Positions 18,111-28,803 of a stretch of 64,000 nt of DNA are shown piece after piece. Location: the NCBI GenBank assembly GCA_963721805.1, contig CAVRJY010000002.1, positions 544,001 through 608,000 on the forward strand, read 5' to 3'. Source of the stretch: Nitrospirota bacterium. Lineage in GTDB: Bacteria; Nitrospirota; Thermodesulfovibrionia; Thermodesulfovibrionales; JdFR-86. The stretch's first letter is position 1, and every line of letters begins with the position of its first letter. Below the pieces are notes generated by a model. It was not told the origin of the DNA. It saw nothing but the letters and a program-made list of their open reading frames with translations, and did not search any database. Made by a program: the position numbers and the translations under genes.

Positions 18111-18991
18111 TGGAACTTGTATCCCTTTATGTTCACGCCGGCCTGTGTTGCGAGGCGTTCGACCCCGGCATCATCGGAGGGCTCTGTTTTGACGAACCGT
18201 CTGGCCCCGATCCCCTTGAGTATCTCCGTGCCCTTGGGGTCGGTCTGCATGCCAAGGAGGATGCTCATAAGGCGCTTCTTTATGTGTTCCGGCAGGTCGC
18301 CCCTGACGCACAGGGTGGTATCGGGCAGCTCCGCGGACTTGGAGATCACCGTAAGGTCCTCGCCTATCGTCGGATCGTTCTTCGCCATGGCCTCGAAGAT
18401 CCTGCCCTTCAGGACGCCTACGTCGCCTTTTCCCGAAAGCACGGTGTACAGCGATGCGTCATGGCTTCCGGTGTATATCTGCTCGCCCATGAACGCGTCG
18501 GGGTTGCGCACGCCGTTTTCCCTCAGGTACGCAAGCGCGTAGAGATACCCTGTGGCCGAGATCTTGTCAACGAATACGAAGCGCTTGCCCATCATGTCGC
18601 TCAGCCTGCGTATGCCGGAATCCTTCCTGACGAATATGTAGCTGCGGGCGGTCGTGCCGCCGGTTACGAAGTCCGGCCTGACCAGCGGCACGGTGCCGAG
18701 CTGCCGCTCGGCGAGCACCGAGGCGAAGACCCCGAGGAACGCCCCGTCGAGCTTCCCGGAATTGAAGCGGCCGGCGATGTCGGCATATCTGCCTATAATG
18801 CTGAACTTAACCTTCTCCCCCATGGACGCGCTCAGATATTCCTCGAGCGGGCGGTAGCGCCTGATCATCCTGAATATGTTTTCCTCCGCCACGAGCCCGA
18901 TGGTTATTGGCCTGTCAGCTGCTTCGCACCCGGGCGGCTGGGCCAGGAAGAAGATCGTAATTGACAATAGAAGAATGGCGGCCGCCTTCAT
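18107..18991 (-). CDS. PhnD/PtxB-like periplasmic substrate-binding protein
   Basis: Signal peptide; SYIFVRKDSGI..GKRFVFVDKISATGY..GSHDA motifs. Confidence 0.8.
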   Translation of the reverse strand: MKAAAILLLSITIFFLAQPPGCEAADRPITIGLVAEENIFRMIRRYRPLEEYLSASMGEKVKFSIIGRYADIAGRFNSGKLDGAFLGVFASVLAERQLGTVPLVRPDFVTGGTTARSYIFVRKDSGIRRLSDMMGKRFVFVDKISATGYLYALAYLRENGVRNPDAFMGEQIYTGSHDASLYTVLSGKGDVGVLKGRIFEAMAKNDPTIGEDLTVISKSAELPDTTLCVRGDLPEHIKKRLMSILLGMQTDPKGTEILKGIGARRFVKTEPSDDAGVERLATQAGVNIKGYKFQ

Positions 18992-19935
18992 TGGATCACC
19001 TTCGTGGCGTCGTTTAGGATGCTGATCGGCACCTTGATACCCATGTCCTGAGCCTCCTTAAGCGAGTAGATCACGTCGCCCTCCGGAAGGCACATCACCG
19101 GCAGCTCGGCCGGGCGCGTCCCATCGAGGACCGCCATGAGCTTGCGCGCTGCCTCCTGCCCGACCCTCTCTGGGGAGGGCGAGATAGAGAGTATCGGCGA
19201 GGGCGACTCCGAGGCCATCAGCGACGCGGTCGGCAGCTTGCGGGCATGCGCCGTGCGGATCACCGAGCGCAGAACGCCCTCGATGACGAGCGACGAGGAT
19301 ATGAATATCGTGCCTCCGCTGAGGTCCGCTATCGCCGAGACGTAGTCGGCGGGTTTTCGTATATCGACAGCAGTGACCGTGAAGCGGAATTTTCCTGCGC
19401 TGGATTTGAATTCCGCCAGCTGCTCGCGCGAGTCTTCCTCGATGCTCGAATAGAGCACGACGGCCGGGTTCGGAGAGCCCGAATCGTACATGTAGCGCAT
19501 CAGCGACTGTACGGCGGATTTGACGCATACCCCGGCAGTCTTTTTCGAGTGGAACTTTTCTGACGTCGGCTGGTAGACCCCGGCATATATGACGGGCACA
19601 TCGGGGTTTTCCTTGACCGCGGCGATTGCAGGGCCGGTGCCGTAAACCACGATAGCGTCCACCCCGGCGGCCAAAAGCTTCCTCGATGCGTTGCTCCACG
19701 CCACGGGGTCCGGATAGGGGGTCTGTGCGATGAACTGAACCCGCGCGCCGAAGCCTTTTTCCTTCAGGTAGGCCTGGAGCGCGGCGTGGGCCCGCTGAGA
19801 GAACTCAGAGCCCCTCGTCGTGATGACCCCGATCTTCTCTGCGTGCGCCTCAGGGACGCCCCAAAAACAGGCCATGAGGACTGAGACGAAGAGCGCAAGA
19901 GCGCATACCGCTGATTTCCCCCTCATAAGGCGCAT
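18988..19935 (-). CDS. ABC-type substrate-binding protein (ABC_sub_bind-like)
   Basis: Signal peptide AHA-E; VPVIYAGVY; GQEAARKLMAVLDGTRPAELPV..SLKEAQDMGIKVP..ATKVI. Confidence 0.7.
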   Translation of the reverse strand: MRLMRGKSAVCALALFVSVLMACFWGVPEAHAEKIGVITTRGSEFSQRAHAALQAYLKEKGFGARVQFIAQTPYPDPVAWSNASRKLLAAGVDAIVVYGTGPAIAAVKENPDVPVIYAGVYQPTSEKFHSKKTAGVCVKSAVQSLMRYMYDSGSPNPAVVLYSSIEEDSREQLAEFKSSAGKFRFTVTAVDIRKPADYVSAIADLSGGTIFISSSLVIEGVLRSVIRTAHARKLPTASLMASESPSPILSISPSPERVGQEAARKLMAVLDGTRPAELPVMCLPEGDVIYSLKEAQDMGIKVPISILNDATKVIQ

Positions 19936-19981
19936 CTTAAATAATAATATAAATTATGGAAAATAGGGGCTCAGCATGCGG

Positions 19982-20701
19982 CTATGCGGACATTATCTCA
20001 AGCGATATCAGTTCGAGGGCGCGAAGCGGATCGGGCTGGTTCAATACAGACCGTCCGACTACGAGGTAATCGGCACCCTCGCGGATGGCCTCCTTCGGCG
20101 TCATCGTGCGGTGCTGGTCGTCCGGTGGGCTCCACGAGGGCCGGATGCCGGGCGTGACAGCTAAAAACCCCTGCCCGCAATGCTGCTTGATCATCTCGAC
20201 CTCGTGGCCCGAGGCCACGACGCCGTCGAGTCCCGAGGAGTGCGCTAGTACCGCAAAGTGTTTTACCTGGGTGCGGAGCGAGTGCTGCACCCCGAACTCG
20301 TCATGCAGGGTCTGCTGCCCGATGCTCGTAAGCACGGTCACGCCGAGCACACGGGGCTTAAGCAGATTTTCTTTCAGGCATATCTCGGCCACGGTGCCTG
20401 CGCAGCGTTTCATGGCCTCGGTGCCGCTCGATACATGCACGTTGAACATGAAAACCCCGAGGCGTGTGGCAGAGGCCGCAGCCTTGGCTACAGTCGTCGG
20501 GATGTCATGGAACTTGAGATCCAAAAAAACGCGCTTGCCCCTGTCGTGTATAGCCCTGACGACGGACGGGCCTGCCGCGGTGAAGAGTTCGAGCCCAACC
20601 TTGAAGATGTTTATGCGTTCGCCGAATTTATCGACCAGCTCGAGCGCGTAGTCCTGGTCGTCGACGTCGAGTGCCAGTATGATCTTGTCCCTTGCGGGCA
20701 T
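19982..20701 (-). CDS. pyrF: Orotidine-5'-phosphate decarboxylase
   Basis: IILALD, FKVGLELF, FLDLKFHDIPTTV, VTPGIRP, VVGR. Confidence 0.96.
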   Translation of the reverse strand: MPARDKIILALDVDDQDYALELVDKFGERINIFKVGLELFTAAGPSVVRAIHDRGKRVFLDLKFHDIPTTVAKAAASATRLGVFMFNVHVSSGTEAMKRCAGTVAEICLKENLLKPRVLGVTVLTSIGQQTLHDEFGVQHSLRTQVKHFAVLAHSSGLDGVVASGHEVEMIKQHCGQGFLAVTPGIRPSWSPPDDQHRTMTPKEAIREGADYLVVGRSVLNQPDPLRALELISLEIMSA

Positions 20702-21253
20702 CTATGAGGCCTTGGCGTGGGTTATGCCCTGCTGGGCCTGGTATTTTCCTGACTTATCCGCATAAGACACGTCGCAGGGCTGGTCCGAGCCCAAAAACAG
20801 CACCTGTGCAATGCCCTCAAACGAGTGTATGCGGGCTGGCAGCGGCGTGGTGTTCGAGATCGAGATTGTCACGAACCCCTCCCACTCGGGCTCGAGCGGG
20901 GTGACGTTTACGATTACGCCGCAGCGCGCGTAGGTGGATTTGCCGTAGCATATCGCGAGCACGTCGCGCGGGATGCGGAAGTACTCGAGCGACCTTCCGA
21001 GTACGAACGAGTTTGGGGGGATCACGCAGACCTCGCCCTTAAAGTGGGTGAAACTCTCCGGCCCCATCTCCTTGGGGTCTACGACTGAGCGTCCAGCGGG
21101 ATTGAACACGCTGTATTCGTCGTGCAGGCGCATGTCATACCCGTATGAGCCGATGCCAGAGGATATGACGCCCGGCCGCTTCACGTTTTCGGCATAAGGT
21201 TCGATCATGCCCTTTTGGGACATCTCGCGTATCCAGAGGTCGCTCTTGATCAT
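20702..21253 (-). CDS. dcd: dCTP deaminase
   Basis: [49 protein letters not shown]. Confidence 0.95.
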   Translation of the reverse strand: MIKSDLWIREMSQKGMIEPYAENVKRPGVISSGIGSYGYDMRLHDEYSVFNPAGRSVVDPKEMGPESFTHFKGEVCVIPPNSFVLGRSLEYFRIPRDVLAICYGKSTYARCGVIVNVTPLEPEWEGFVTISISNTTPLPARIHSFEGIAQVLFLGSDQPCDVSYADKSGKYQAQQGITHAKAS

Positions 21254-21309
21254 CGTAGATGCTAACACAGCGTTTGGGTGCAAGACAAGGATAATGGATA
21301 ATATTTCCA

Positions 21310-21339
21310 TTGCGCTCCGCTGTTGTTTGTGTTTATAAT
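21310..21339 (+). promoter_or_regulatory. sigma70 promoter for 6S RNA/rny
   Basis: TTGCGC-18 nt-TATAAT. Confidence 0.55.
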
Positions 21340-21364
21340 GTAAGAAGAAGGGTAGGACAGAATT

Positions 21365-21541
21365 GCCTGCCCTGTTCGTGAGAGGTGAGGATGTTAGTCC
21401 GACAAATTAGTTCTAATGGGAGCCGGAGTAAGACGGCCGGTGTGCAGACCTGCCCCATGAGCAGGGAGCCTAATGGCGTCTTCGAGGCACCCACATGTCC
21501 AAAAGACGGAGCTAATTACCCACTGACACGGCAGGGCGGGC
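21365..21541 (+). ncRNA. ssrS: 6S RNA
   Basis: About 177-nt rod: GCCTGCCCTGTTCGTG pairs with CACGGCAGGGCGGGC; internal AATTAGTTCT/GGAGCTAATT and AAGACG/CGTCTT; apical CCTGC/GCAGG; followed by a T-tract; typical position upstream of rny. Confidence 0.78.
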
Positions 21542-21736
21542 TTCTTTTTAACGGGATTGCAGCAGGGGAGTGCCTTAGAGGCGGACAACTTGGCTGGGGG
21601 AGTTATTTCAGGGCATTCGCGCCCTGAAAAACGTTGTTTTACCTGGCTTTCATTGTGTCCTTAGGCTTCGCCCGCTGACTATGACCATCCTGTTTTCTGT
21701 TCCTCCCCTTAATTAATATATAGGGAGGACACACGC

Positions 21737-23299
21737 ATGTTTTCAATCGTATATGTCGCGGTCGCGATTGCCGTGGGTCTGGTGACTGGCGGCGTGGCCG
21801 CCGTGATGTACCGCCAGTACCTCACCGGCAAGCTCGGCGACCTCGCGCAGCAGCGGGAATCAGTCTTGCGGGAGGCCGAGAAGGCCGCCGCGGCTATCAA
21901 GAAAGAGGCCCAGCTCGAATCCAGAGACGCACTGCTCCAGGCCAAGGCCGAGGCCGACAAGGACATCAAGGAGCGCAGAAACGAAGTCGGGCTGGCCGAG
22001 AAGCGCCTCCACCAGAAGGAAGAGACCCTAGAGAAGAAGCTCGAACAGGTGGAGAAGAAGGACTCGGATCTTCAGAAGCGCGACGGCGACCTCAACAACC
22101 GCGAGCGCGGTCTGGTAGACAAGGAAAACAAGCTGGACGACCTCATCAGCGAGCAGTCTAAGACGCTTGAGCGCGTCGCGGGCTCGACGGCCGAGGAGGC
22201 CCGCGCCGAACTCTTCAGGCGCGTGGAGGAGACCGCTCAGCACGACGCCCTGCGGTTGGCAAAACGCATCGAGGATGAGGTCAAAGAAGGCGCTCTCAAG
22301 AAGGCCAGGGAGGTCATCAGCAACACCATCCAGCGCTACGCCAGCGATTACGTCGCGGACGCGGCGGTAAGCTCCGTCACCCTGCCCAACGACGAGATCA
22401 AGGGCCGCATCATAGGCCGCGAGGGCAGGAACATCCGCGCGCTCGAGGCCGCGACCGGCGTGGACTTCATCGTCGACGACACCCCGGAGGTAGTGACCCT
22501 CTCGGCATTCGATCCCGTACGCCGCGAGATCGCGCGGCTGGCGCTCGAGCGCCTTATGACGGACGGGCGCATCCATCCGGCGCGTATCGAAGAGGTCGTC
22601 GAGAAGGTAAAGAAAGAGATCGACAACGCGATGGCCGAGGCCGGCGAGGCCGCGGTGTTCGAACTCGGCATCACAGGCATACATCCGGAACTGATAAAGG
22701 TCCTCGGAAGGCTCAAGTACCGCTCGTCATACGGCCAGAACGTGCTCATGCACTCGCGCGAGGTCGCTTACCTAGCCGGGATGATGGCTGCGGAACTGGG
22801 CGGCGACGTGAAGCTCGCAAAGCGCGGCGGCCTGCTGCACGACATCGGCAAGGCCATCGACCACGAGGTCGAGGGCCCGCATAACGAGATCGGCGCGGCG
22901 CTCGCAAAGAAATACGGCGAGAACTCAAAGGTCATAAACGCGATCATAGCCCACCACGGCGATACCGAGGTCGAGTGCATGGAGTCCGCGCTGGTCGCTG
23001 CCTCCGACGCTCTGTCGGCCGCGCGTCCGGGCGTCAGGCGCGAGAGCATCGAAAACTACATAAAGCGCCTGCAGAAGCTCGAAGAGCTGGCGATGGGCTT
23101 CAAGGGCGTGGAGAAGTGCTACGCCATACAGGCCGGCCGCGAGGTGCGCATCATCGTAAAGCCAGAGAGCGTCTCGGACGATATGTCGTGGTCGATCGCG
23201 AAGGATCTCTCAAAGAAGATCGAAGAGGAGATGACATACCCCGGCCAGATCAAGGTCATCGTGATCCGCGAGGCCAGGTTCACCGAGTACGCGAAATAG
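21737..23299 (+). CDS. rny: Ribonuclease Y
   Basis: N-terminal TM, coiled coil, KH ([13 protein letters not shown]), HD (GLLHDIGKA), YPGQIKV. Confidence 0.96.
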   Translation: MFSIVYVAVAIAVGLVTGGVAAVMYRQYLTGKLGDLAQQRESVLREAEKAAAAIKKEAQLESRDALLQAKAEADKDIKERRNEVGLAEKRLHQKEETLEKKLEQVEKKDSDLQKRDGDLNNRERGLVDKENKLDDLISEQSKTLERVAGSTAEEARAELFRRVEETAQHDALRLAKRIEDEVKEGALKKAREVISNTIQRYASDYVADAAVSSVTLPNDEIKGRIIGREGRNIRALEAATGVDFIVDDTPEVVTLSAFDPVRREIARLALERLMTDGRIHPARIEEVVEKVKKEIDNAMAEAGEAAVFELGITGIHPELIKVLGRLKYRSSYGQNVLMHSREVAYLAGMMAAELGGDVKLAKRGGLLHDIGKAIDHEVEGPHNEIGAALAKKYGENSKVINAIIAHHGDTEVECMESALVAASDALSAARPGVRRESIENYIKRLQKLEELAMGFKGVEKCYAIQAGREVRIIVKPESVSDDMSWSIAKDLSKKIEEEMTYPGQIKVIVIREARFTEYAK

Positions 23300-23326
23300 G
23301 GCGGATTGTCCGCTTAACTTACAAAC

Positions 23327-23360
23327 GCGCCCGCATCTGAAAAGTGCGGGCGCTGTTTTT
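23327..23360 (+). terminator. Internal terminator between rny and ymdB
   Basis: GCGCCCGCA-9 nt-TGCGGGCGC followed by TGTTTTT. Confidence 0.65.
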
Positions 23361-23381
23361 AGAACGCAAAGATGGAGTGAG

Positions 23382-24155
23382 ATGAAAGTACTTCTGATAG
23401 GAGACGTGATCGGCAAGCCGGGCCGCGCCGCGCTCAAGGCCCTGCTGCCTTCTTTGGTGTCCGAGTACGGCGCGGACGCGGTGCTCGTTAACGGCGAGAA
23501 CTCGGCCTCTGGCTTCGGGATAAACGAGAAAGTGGCCAACGAGATGTTCTCGCAGGGCGTGGCTGCGATCACGAGCGGAAACCACATATGGGACCGCAAG
23601 GAATCGATCCCGTTCATAGCCAAGGAGCACCGCGTGCTCAGGCCGCTTAACTACCCGCCCGGCGTGCCAGGCACGGGGAGCATCGTGCTCGCGGTGGGCG
23701 GCGAGAAGCTCGCGGTCATAAGCCTCATCGGCCGGGTGTTCATGACGTATGTCGACTGCCCGTTTCGGTCCGCGGACGAAGAGATAAAAAGGCTTTCCGC
23801 GATCACGCCGAATATCGTGATCGACTTTCACGCCGAGGCCACCTCGGAGAAGCTCGCGCTGGCCCATTACCTCGACGGCCGCGCAAGCGCCGTCCTCGGC
23901 ACGCATACGCATGTCCAGACAGCGGACGAAAGGGTCCTGGCGGGCGGCACCGCGGTTATCACGGACGTCGGCATGACCGGCCCTGTCGATTCGATCATAG
24001 GGGTGCGCAAGGACGAGGTCATCGAGAGGTTCCTTACCGCGATGCCCCAGCGTTTCGAGGTCCCGGACAGCCCGGTCCTGCTGTGCGCGGTCATCGTCGA
24101 GATAAGCGCAGGCAAAGCTCTCTCTATCGAGCGCATCCAGAGGGCATACCCATAG
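23382..24155 (+). CDS. ymdB: YmdB-family metallophosphoesterase
   Basis: IGDVIGKPGR, NGENS, TSGNHIWD, DFHAEATSEK, GTHTHVQTAD, TDVGMTG. Confidence 0.93.
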   Translation: MKVLLIGDVIGKPGRAALKALLPSLVSEYGADAVLVNGENSASGFGINEKVANEMFSQGVAAITSGNHIWDRKESIPFIAKEHRVLRPLNYPPGVPGTGSIVLAVGGEKLAVISLIGRVFMTYVDCPFRSADEEIKRLSAITPNIVIDFHAEATSEKLALAHYLDGRASAVLGTHTHVQTADERVLAGGTAVITDVGMTGPVDSIIGVRKDEVIERFLTAMPQRFEVPDSPVLLCAVIVEISAGKALSIERIQRAYP

Positions 24156-24808
24156 ACCGCGGAATACTGAGATCGATATCTTTGGCCGCGGCCGTATTGC
24201 TGGTGCTGGCGGTCATGCTCGCGCCGCGCGGCGCTGCCGAGGCCGCAACTCTGGTGCTCGACCCCGGACACGGGGGGTATGATACCGGCATCACTGCGCC
24301 GGGCTTTATGGAAAAAGACATCGTGCTCGTGCTGGCGCGAAGGATCGAGGCCTCGCTGAACGGCTCGATGGCTGTCGTGCTTACGCGTTCGACCGACGCC
24401 TATACCAGCCTAGATGCGCGGCGCGAGGTAATACTGAATGGCGCATCGCCGAAGGTCCTCATAAGCCTGCATGCGACCTCAGCTCCAGAGTTCGCGGTAT
24501 ACACGGCAGCGTACCCTCAGGGCTTCGAATCCGCCCCGCCGGCACAGCGTTATGGAATCCATGCGCGGCAGTTCGCGTATCTTGCGCAAAGCAGGCTGCT
24601 CGCCTCGGCCTTCGCAGGGCGCCTTGCGGAGCAGGGCGTGAAGCTGCGCGAGCTTCCGGCCCTGCTGCTTGGGGATGCCGACTGCCCGGCCGTGCTGGTC
24701 GAGGTCCCCGTGCAAATCCTCAAAGACGCATCGAAGCTCGACGAGCTAGCCGGTGCCATAACGGGTGCGCTGGACGATTTCGAGAAATCCTCGATGGTTG
24801 GGAGATAG
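24152..24808 (+). CDS. N-acetylmuramoyl-L-alanine amidase (Amidase_3); start uncertain (24152-24182)
   Basis: Signal peptide, LDPGHGG, EKD, LTRSTD, ISLHA, PAVLVE. Confidence 0.8.
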   Translation: MDRGILRSISLAAAVLLVLAVMLAPRGAAEAATLVLDPGHGGYDTGITAPGFMEKDIVLVLARRIEASLNGSMAVVLTRSTDAYTSLDARREVILNGASPKVLISLHATSAPEFAVYTAAYPQGFESAPPAQRYGIHARQFAYLAQSRLLASAFAGRLAEQGVKLRELPALLLGDADCPAVLVEVPVQILKDASKLDELAGAITGALDDFEKSSMVGR

Positions 24809-24811
24809 GCC

Positions 24812-25391
24812 ATGGCGAGAAGGCGCGGTTGGGCTATAGCGGTGGCCATAGTGCTCGCGCTGTTCGCCGCTGGCGTCGTGGCCGGATATCTGGTCAGCCG
24901 CCGTACGGCCGAAAACAGTGCGGCGCGCGTTGAGGCCCCGCAGCAGGCAACGGCCCCGACCAAGCTCGTGACGATCACCTTCGCGCTCGTAAACGGGCTC
25001 TATCCCGAGCAGGTCGGCATCAGGCCCGCCGCTGAATCGAAGCGAGGCCCTGGCCGCAGCGGTCGTGCGCGAATTCCTGCACGGCCCCTCCGATGCCGGG
25101 CTTAAATCAGCGGTCCCGGAGGGCGCCCCCCTGCTTGGCGTCTATCTGGGGCAGGATGGTATACTCTACGTCAACCTTTCGAACGATTTTATCGCTAACT
25201 TCAGGGGCGACGCCCTGTCGGAATTCATGGTGCTCAAGGGGCTGTATAAAAGCGTGATGGACAATGTCGGGGCGATAGCAGGCATCCGCATACTGGCCGG
25301 AGGCCGCGAGGCCGATTCCATAGGCGGGCATATAGTGCTCGACGCATTGTCGGGCGGCGTGCTCATGGGAGATTACAATGCGCCCCAGTGA
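24812..25391 (+). pseudogene. GerMN-domain membrane-anchored protein split by a frameshift near 25040
   Basis: ORF 24812-25105 gives a TM anchor; the +1 frame continues EALAAAVVREFLHGPS..SAVPEGAPLLGVYL..YVNLS..GGHI (GerMN-like). Located between the amidase and murI. Confidence 0.7.
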
Positions 25392-26196
25392 CGCCCCGAT
25401 CGGGGTGTTCGACTCCGGCATCGGCGGGCTCACCGTCGTCAGGGAGATGCTTGCTGAGTTGCCCTCCGAGGACATAATATACTTGGGCGATACCGCGCGC
25501 GTGCCATACGGCATACGCTCGCGTGAGACCGTGGCGCGCTATGCGCTTGAGGGCGCTAATTTCATGCTCTCGCAGGGCATCAAGGCGCTCGTGGTCGCCT
25601 GCAATACCGTATCGGCAGTAGGGCTAGACGGCATACGAGCCCGGACTGACGTGCCGGTGATCGGCGTCATAGAGCCTGGAGCGCGCGCCGCAACTTCGCA
25701 CACCCGCTCGCGCAAGATCGGCGTCATCGGGACCGAGGCCACCATTAAAAGCTGCTCATACCCCGAGGCTATCAGAGCCCTGGACCCGTCGCTTGAGGTC
25801 GTATGCCGCGCCTGCCCGCTGTTCGTCCCCCTCGTTGAAGAGGGCTGGATAGAGGGCGAGCTCCCGGAGCTCGCGGCCCGCACTTATCTGGACGGCATGA
25901 AGGCGGAGGGCATTGACGCGCTCGTGCTCGGATGCACGCACTATCCCCTGCTGAAGCTCGTGCTCCGCGCGGTCCTGGGCGAAGGCATCGAGCTTATAGA
26001 TTCCGCGACCGAGACCGCGCGCACGGTGCGCGAGGTGCTCGCATCGCGCGGGCTCCTGAGGGCAGAGGCGCCCGGACGCGCTGCGGTGAGGCGTTTTTTC
26101 GTGACAGACGACCCCGAGAGGTTCAGGGGTGTGGGCGAGAGGTTCCTCGGACGGGCGATACCCGATATCACAAAGGTGCAACTGGAGGCAATATGA
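25378..26196 (+). CDS. murI: Glutamate racemase
   Basis: [31 protein letters not shown]. Confidence 0.96.
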   Translation: MRPSDAPIGVFDSGIGGLTVVREMLAELPSEDIIYLGDTARVPYGIRSRETVARYALEGANFMLSQGIKALVVACNTVSAVGLDGIRARTDVPVIGVIEPGARAATSHTRSRKIGVIGTEATIKSCSYPEAIRALDPSLEVVCRACPLFVPLVEEGWIEGELPELAARTYLDGMKAEGIDALVLGCTHYPLLKLVLRAVLGEGIELIDSATETARTVREVLASRGLLRAEAPGRAAVRRFFVTDDPERFRGVGERFLGRAIPDITKVQLEAI

Positions 26197-26921
26197 GGTC
26201 CGACGGACGCGCAAACGACGAGATCAGGCCGGTGAAGATCACCCGGAATTTTATAACCAGTGCCGAGGGCTCGGTGCTGATGGAGATAGGCAACACGCGC
26301 GTGATCTGCACCGCCACTATTGAGGACAAGGTGCCGCAGTTTCTGAAGGACACCGGGCGCGGCTGGGTGACGGCCGAGTACGCTATGATCCCCCGTTCGA
26401 CCAACACGCGCAAGGCGAGGGAATCGAGCATCGGCAAGGTGGGGGGCCGCACGCACGAGATACAGCGCCTGATAGGGCGGTCGCTGCGCAGCGTGACCGA
26501 CCTCGAGGCCATGGGCGAGCGCACGATCTGGATCGACTGCGACGTCATACAGGCCGACGGCGGCACGCGCACGGCGTCGATCACCGGGGCCTATATCGCG
26601 CTGGTCGAGGCCCTGCGCCATGCGGTATCGCTGGGGATGCTCAGGAGCGTCCCGATCAGGGACTACGTTGCCGCGATAAGCGTGGGCGTGGTCGGCGGCA
26701 CGCCGATGCTGGACCTCTGCTATGAAGAGGACTCGAGGGCCGACGTCGACATGAACCTGGTCGTGACCGGCAGCGGGAAGATCGTCGAGGTCCAGGGCAC
26801 TGCCGAAGGCCCGCCCTTCGGCCGCGAGACGCACGATGCGCTTATGGCCCTGGGCTTCGCGGGCGTTGCGGCGATGATCGAGCGGCAGAAGGCAGAATTA
26901 CAGGAGAATGTGATAAAATAA
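26193..26921 (+). CDS. rph: Ribonuclease PH
   Basis: [52 protein letters not shown]. Confidence 0.96.
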   Translation: MRSDGRANDEIRPVKITRNFITSAEGSVLMEIGNTRVICTATIEDKVPQFLKDTGRGWVTAEYAMIPRSTNTRKARESSIGKVGGRTHEIQRLIGRSLRSVTDLEAMGERTIWIDCDVIQADGGTRTASITGAYIALVEALRHAVSLGMLRSVPIRDYVAAISVGVVGGTPMLDLCYEEDSRADVDMNLVVTGSGKIVEVQGTAEGPPFGRETHDALMALGFAGVAAMIERQKAELQENVIK

Positions 26922-26927
26922 CAACTT

Positions 26928-28796
26928 ATGGCAAGCACACAGGGTAACCAGAACATGTACAAGGGGCTGTTGATATGGCTGCTGATCGGCACGGCCATGA
27001 TACTGCTTTTTAATTTTCTCGCCCCGCAGAAAAAGCAAGAGGAGGAGCTGAAGTTCTCGGAGTTCCTCCAGAAGGTCCAGGCCGGCGACGTCACGGACGT
27101 CATCCTCAAGGAAAACCAGATCATCGGCACGCTCAAGGACGGCACGAAGTTCACATCTTATTCCGCGACCTACCCGGACATGGTCAAGGTCCTCACCGAA
27201 AAGGGCGTCCAGATCACAGCGAAGCCCCCGGACCAGAGCCCTTGGTACGTGAACTTCTTCTTCTCGTGGGGGCCGATCATATTTTTGGCGCTCATCTGGA
27301 TATTCTTCATGCGACAGATGCAGACCGGCGGAAACCGGGCCATGTCGTTCGGGAAATCCAAGGCCCGGCTTGTGTCCGAAAAGCAGGTGAAGATCACGTT
27401 TGCGGACGTCGCGGGCATCGACGAGGCCAAGGAGGAAGTTACCGAGATAATCGACTTCCTCAAGGACCCCCAGAAGTTCTCCAAGCTCGGCGGGAGGATC
27501 CCCAAAGGCGCGCTCCTGGTCGGGCAGCCCGGCACCGGGAAGACACTCCTGGCACGGGCCATCGCAGGTGAGGCGGGGGTCCCGTTTTTCAGCATCTCGG
27601 GCTCAGACTTCGTAGAGATGTTCGTGGGCGTCGGGGCATCGAGGGTGCGCGACCTGTTTGAGCAGGCCAAGCGCAGCTCCCCGTGCATCATCTTCATAGA
27701 CGAGATAGACGCAGTCGGACGCCACCGCGGCGCGGGTTTGGGCGGCGGCCATGACGAGCGTGAGCAGACCCTGAACCAGCTGCTCGTGGAGATGGACGGC
27801 TTCGAGGGCAAGGAGGGCGTCATTATCCTCGCTGCCACGAACCGCCCGGACGTGCTCGACCCCGCGCTCCTGAGGCCCGGAAGGTTCGACCGCCAGATAG
27901 TCGTGCCGTCTCCGGATTTCAACGGCCGCAAACAGATATTAAGCGTACACGCCAAGAGCGTGCCGCTGAGCGATAAGGTGGACCTCGAGACCATCGCGCG
28001 CGGGACGCCCGGCTTCACCGGCGCGGACCTGGCGAACCTCGTAAACGAGGCCGCTCTGCTCGCGGCGCGCAAGTCCAAGACACAGGTCGAGATGGACGAT
28101 TTCGAGGAGGCCAAGGACAAGGTCCTGATGGGCGCCGCCCGCCGGAGCATGGTGATCAACGACGAGGAGAAGAAGAACACCGCGTTTCACGAGGCCGGCC
28201 ACGCGCTCGTCGCGAAGCTCACGCCGGGCACCGACCCGATACACAAGGTCACGATCATACCGCGCGGCCGCGCGCTGGGGCTCACGCAGCAGCTCCCGGT
28301 CGACGACCGCTACACGCACAGCGAGGTATTCCTCAAGAGCGTCCTGTCGGTGCTCATGGGCGGAAGGGCGGCCGAGGAGATCGCGCTGCACCAGATGACC
28401 ACCGGAGCAGGAAACGACATAGAGCGCGCCACGGAGCTCGCGCGCAAGATGGTCACCGAATGGGGCATGAGCCAGAAGCTCGGGCCGCTGACGTTCGGCA
28501 AGAAGGACGAGCAGATATTCCTCGGCCGCGAGATCGCGAAACACAAGGACTACAGCGAGCGCACCGCCGAAGACATAGACGACGAGGTCAGGCTCATAGT
28601 CACCAACGCTTACGAGAGGGCCAAGAAGCTGCTCACCGAAAACTATAAGCTGCTTGAGGCCTTCGCCTTGAGGCTCCTCGAGAAGGAGACCATGGACGCG
28701 GCCGAGATCGAGCAGTTCATGGAGGCCCACCGCACGAAGGACGTAGTGGAAATAGGCGGCGCTGGAACTCCGGCACCCTCGGCCCCGGCAGCATAG
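26928..28796 (+). CDS. ftsH: ATP-dependent zinc metalloprotease FtsH
   Basis: Two TM segments, [39 protein letters not shown]. Confidence 0.97.
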   Translation: MASTQGNQNMYKGLLIWLLIGTAMILLFNFLAPQKKQEEELKFSEFLQKVQAGDVTDVILKENQIIGTLKDGTKFTSYSATYPDMVKVLTEKGVQITAKPPDQSPWYVNFFFSWGPIIFLALIWIFFMRQMQTGGNRAMSFGKSKARLVSEKQVKITFADVAGIDEAKEEVTEIIDFLKDPQKFSKLGGRIPKGALLVGQPGTGKTLLARAIAGEAGVPFFSISGSDFVEMFVGVGASRVRDLFEQAKRSSPCIIFIDEIDAVGRHRGAGLGGGHDEREQTLNQLLVEMDGFEGKEGVIILAATNRPDVLDPALLRPGRFDRQIVVPSPDFNGRKQILSVHAKSVPLSDKVDLETIARGTPGFTGADLANLVNEAALLAARKSKTQVEMDDFEEAKDKVLMGAARRSMVINDEEKKNTAFHEAGHALVAKLTPGTDPIHKVTIIPRGRALGLTQQLPVDDRYTHSEVFLKSVLSVLMGGRAAEEIALHQMTTGAGNDIERATELARKMVTEWGMSQKLGPLTFGKKDEQIFLGREIAKHKDYSERTAEDIDDEVRLIVTNAYERAKKLLTENYKLLEAFALRLLEKETMDAAEIEQFMEAHRTKDVVEIGGAGTPAPSAPAA

Positions 28797-28803
28797 CCCC
28801 GGC

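Noticed and set aside
25932..26192. N-terminal extensions in the ORF track (rph, mlaF, xerC, TPR protein, deacylase, radical SAM, apgM)
   Set aside because: They overlap upstream genes; downstream starts with an RBS or stop/start coupling match family N-termini.
27170..28180. Long antisense/alternate-frame ORFs (e.g. 27170-28180, 34756-35916, 46316-47635, 10181-11140)
   Set aside because: Shadow ORFs expected from GC-rich codon bias opposite well-supported genes.
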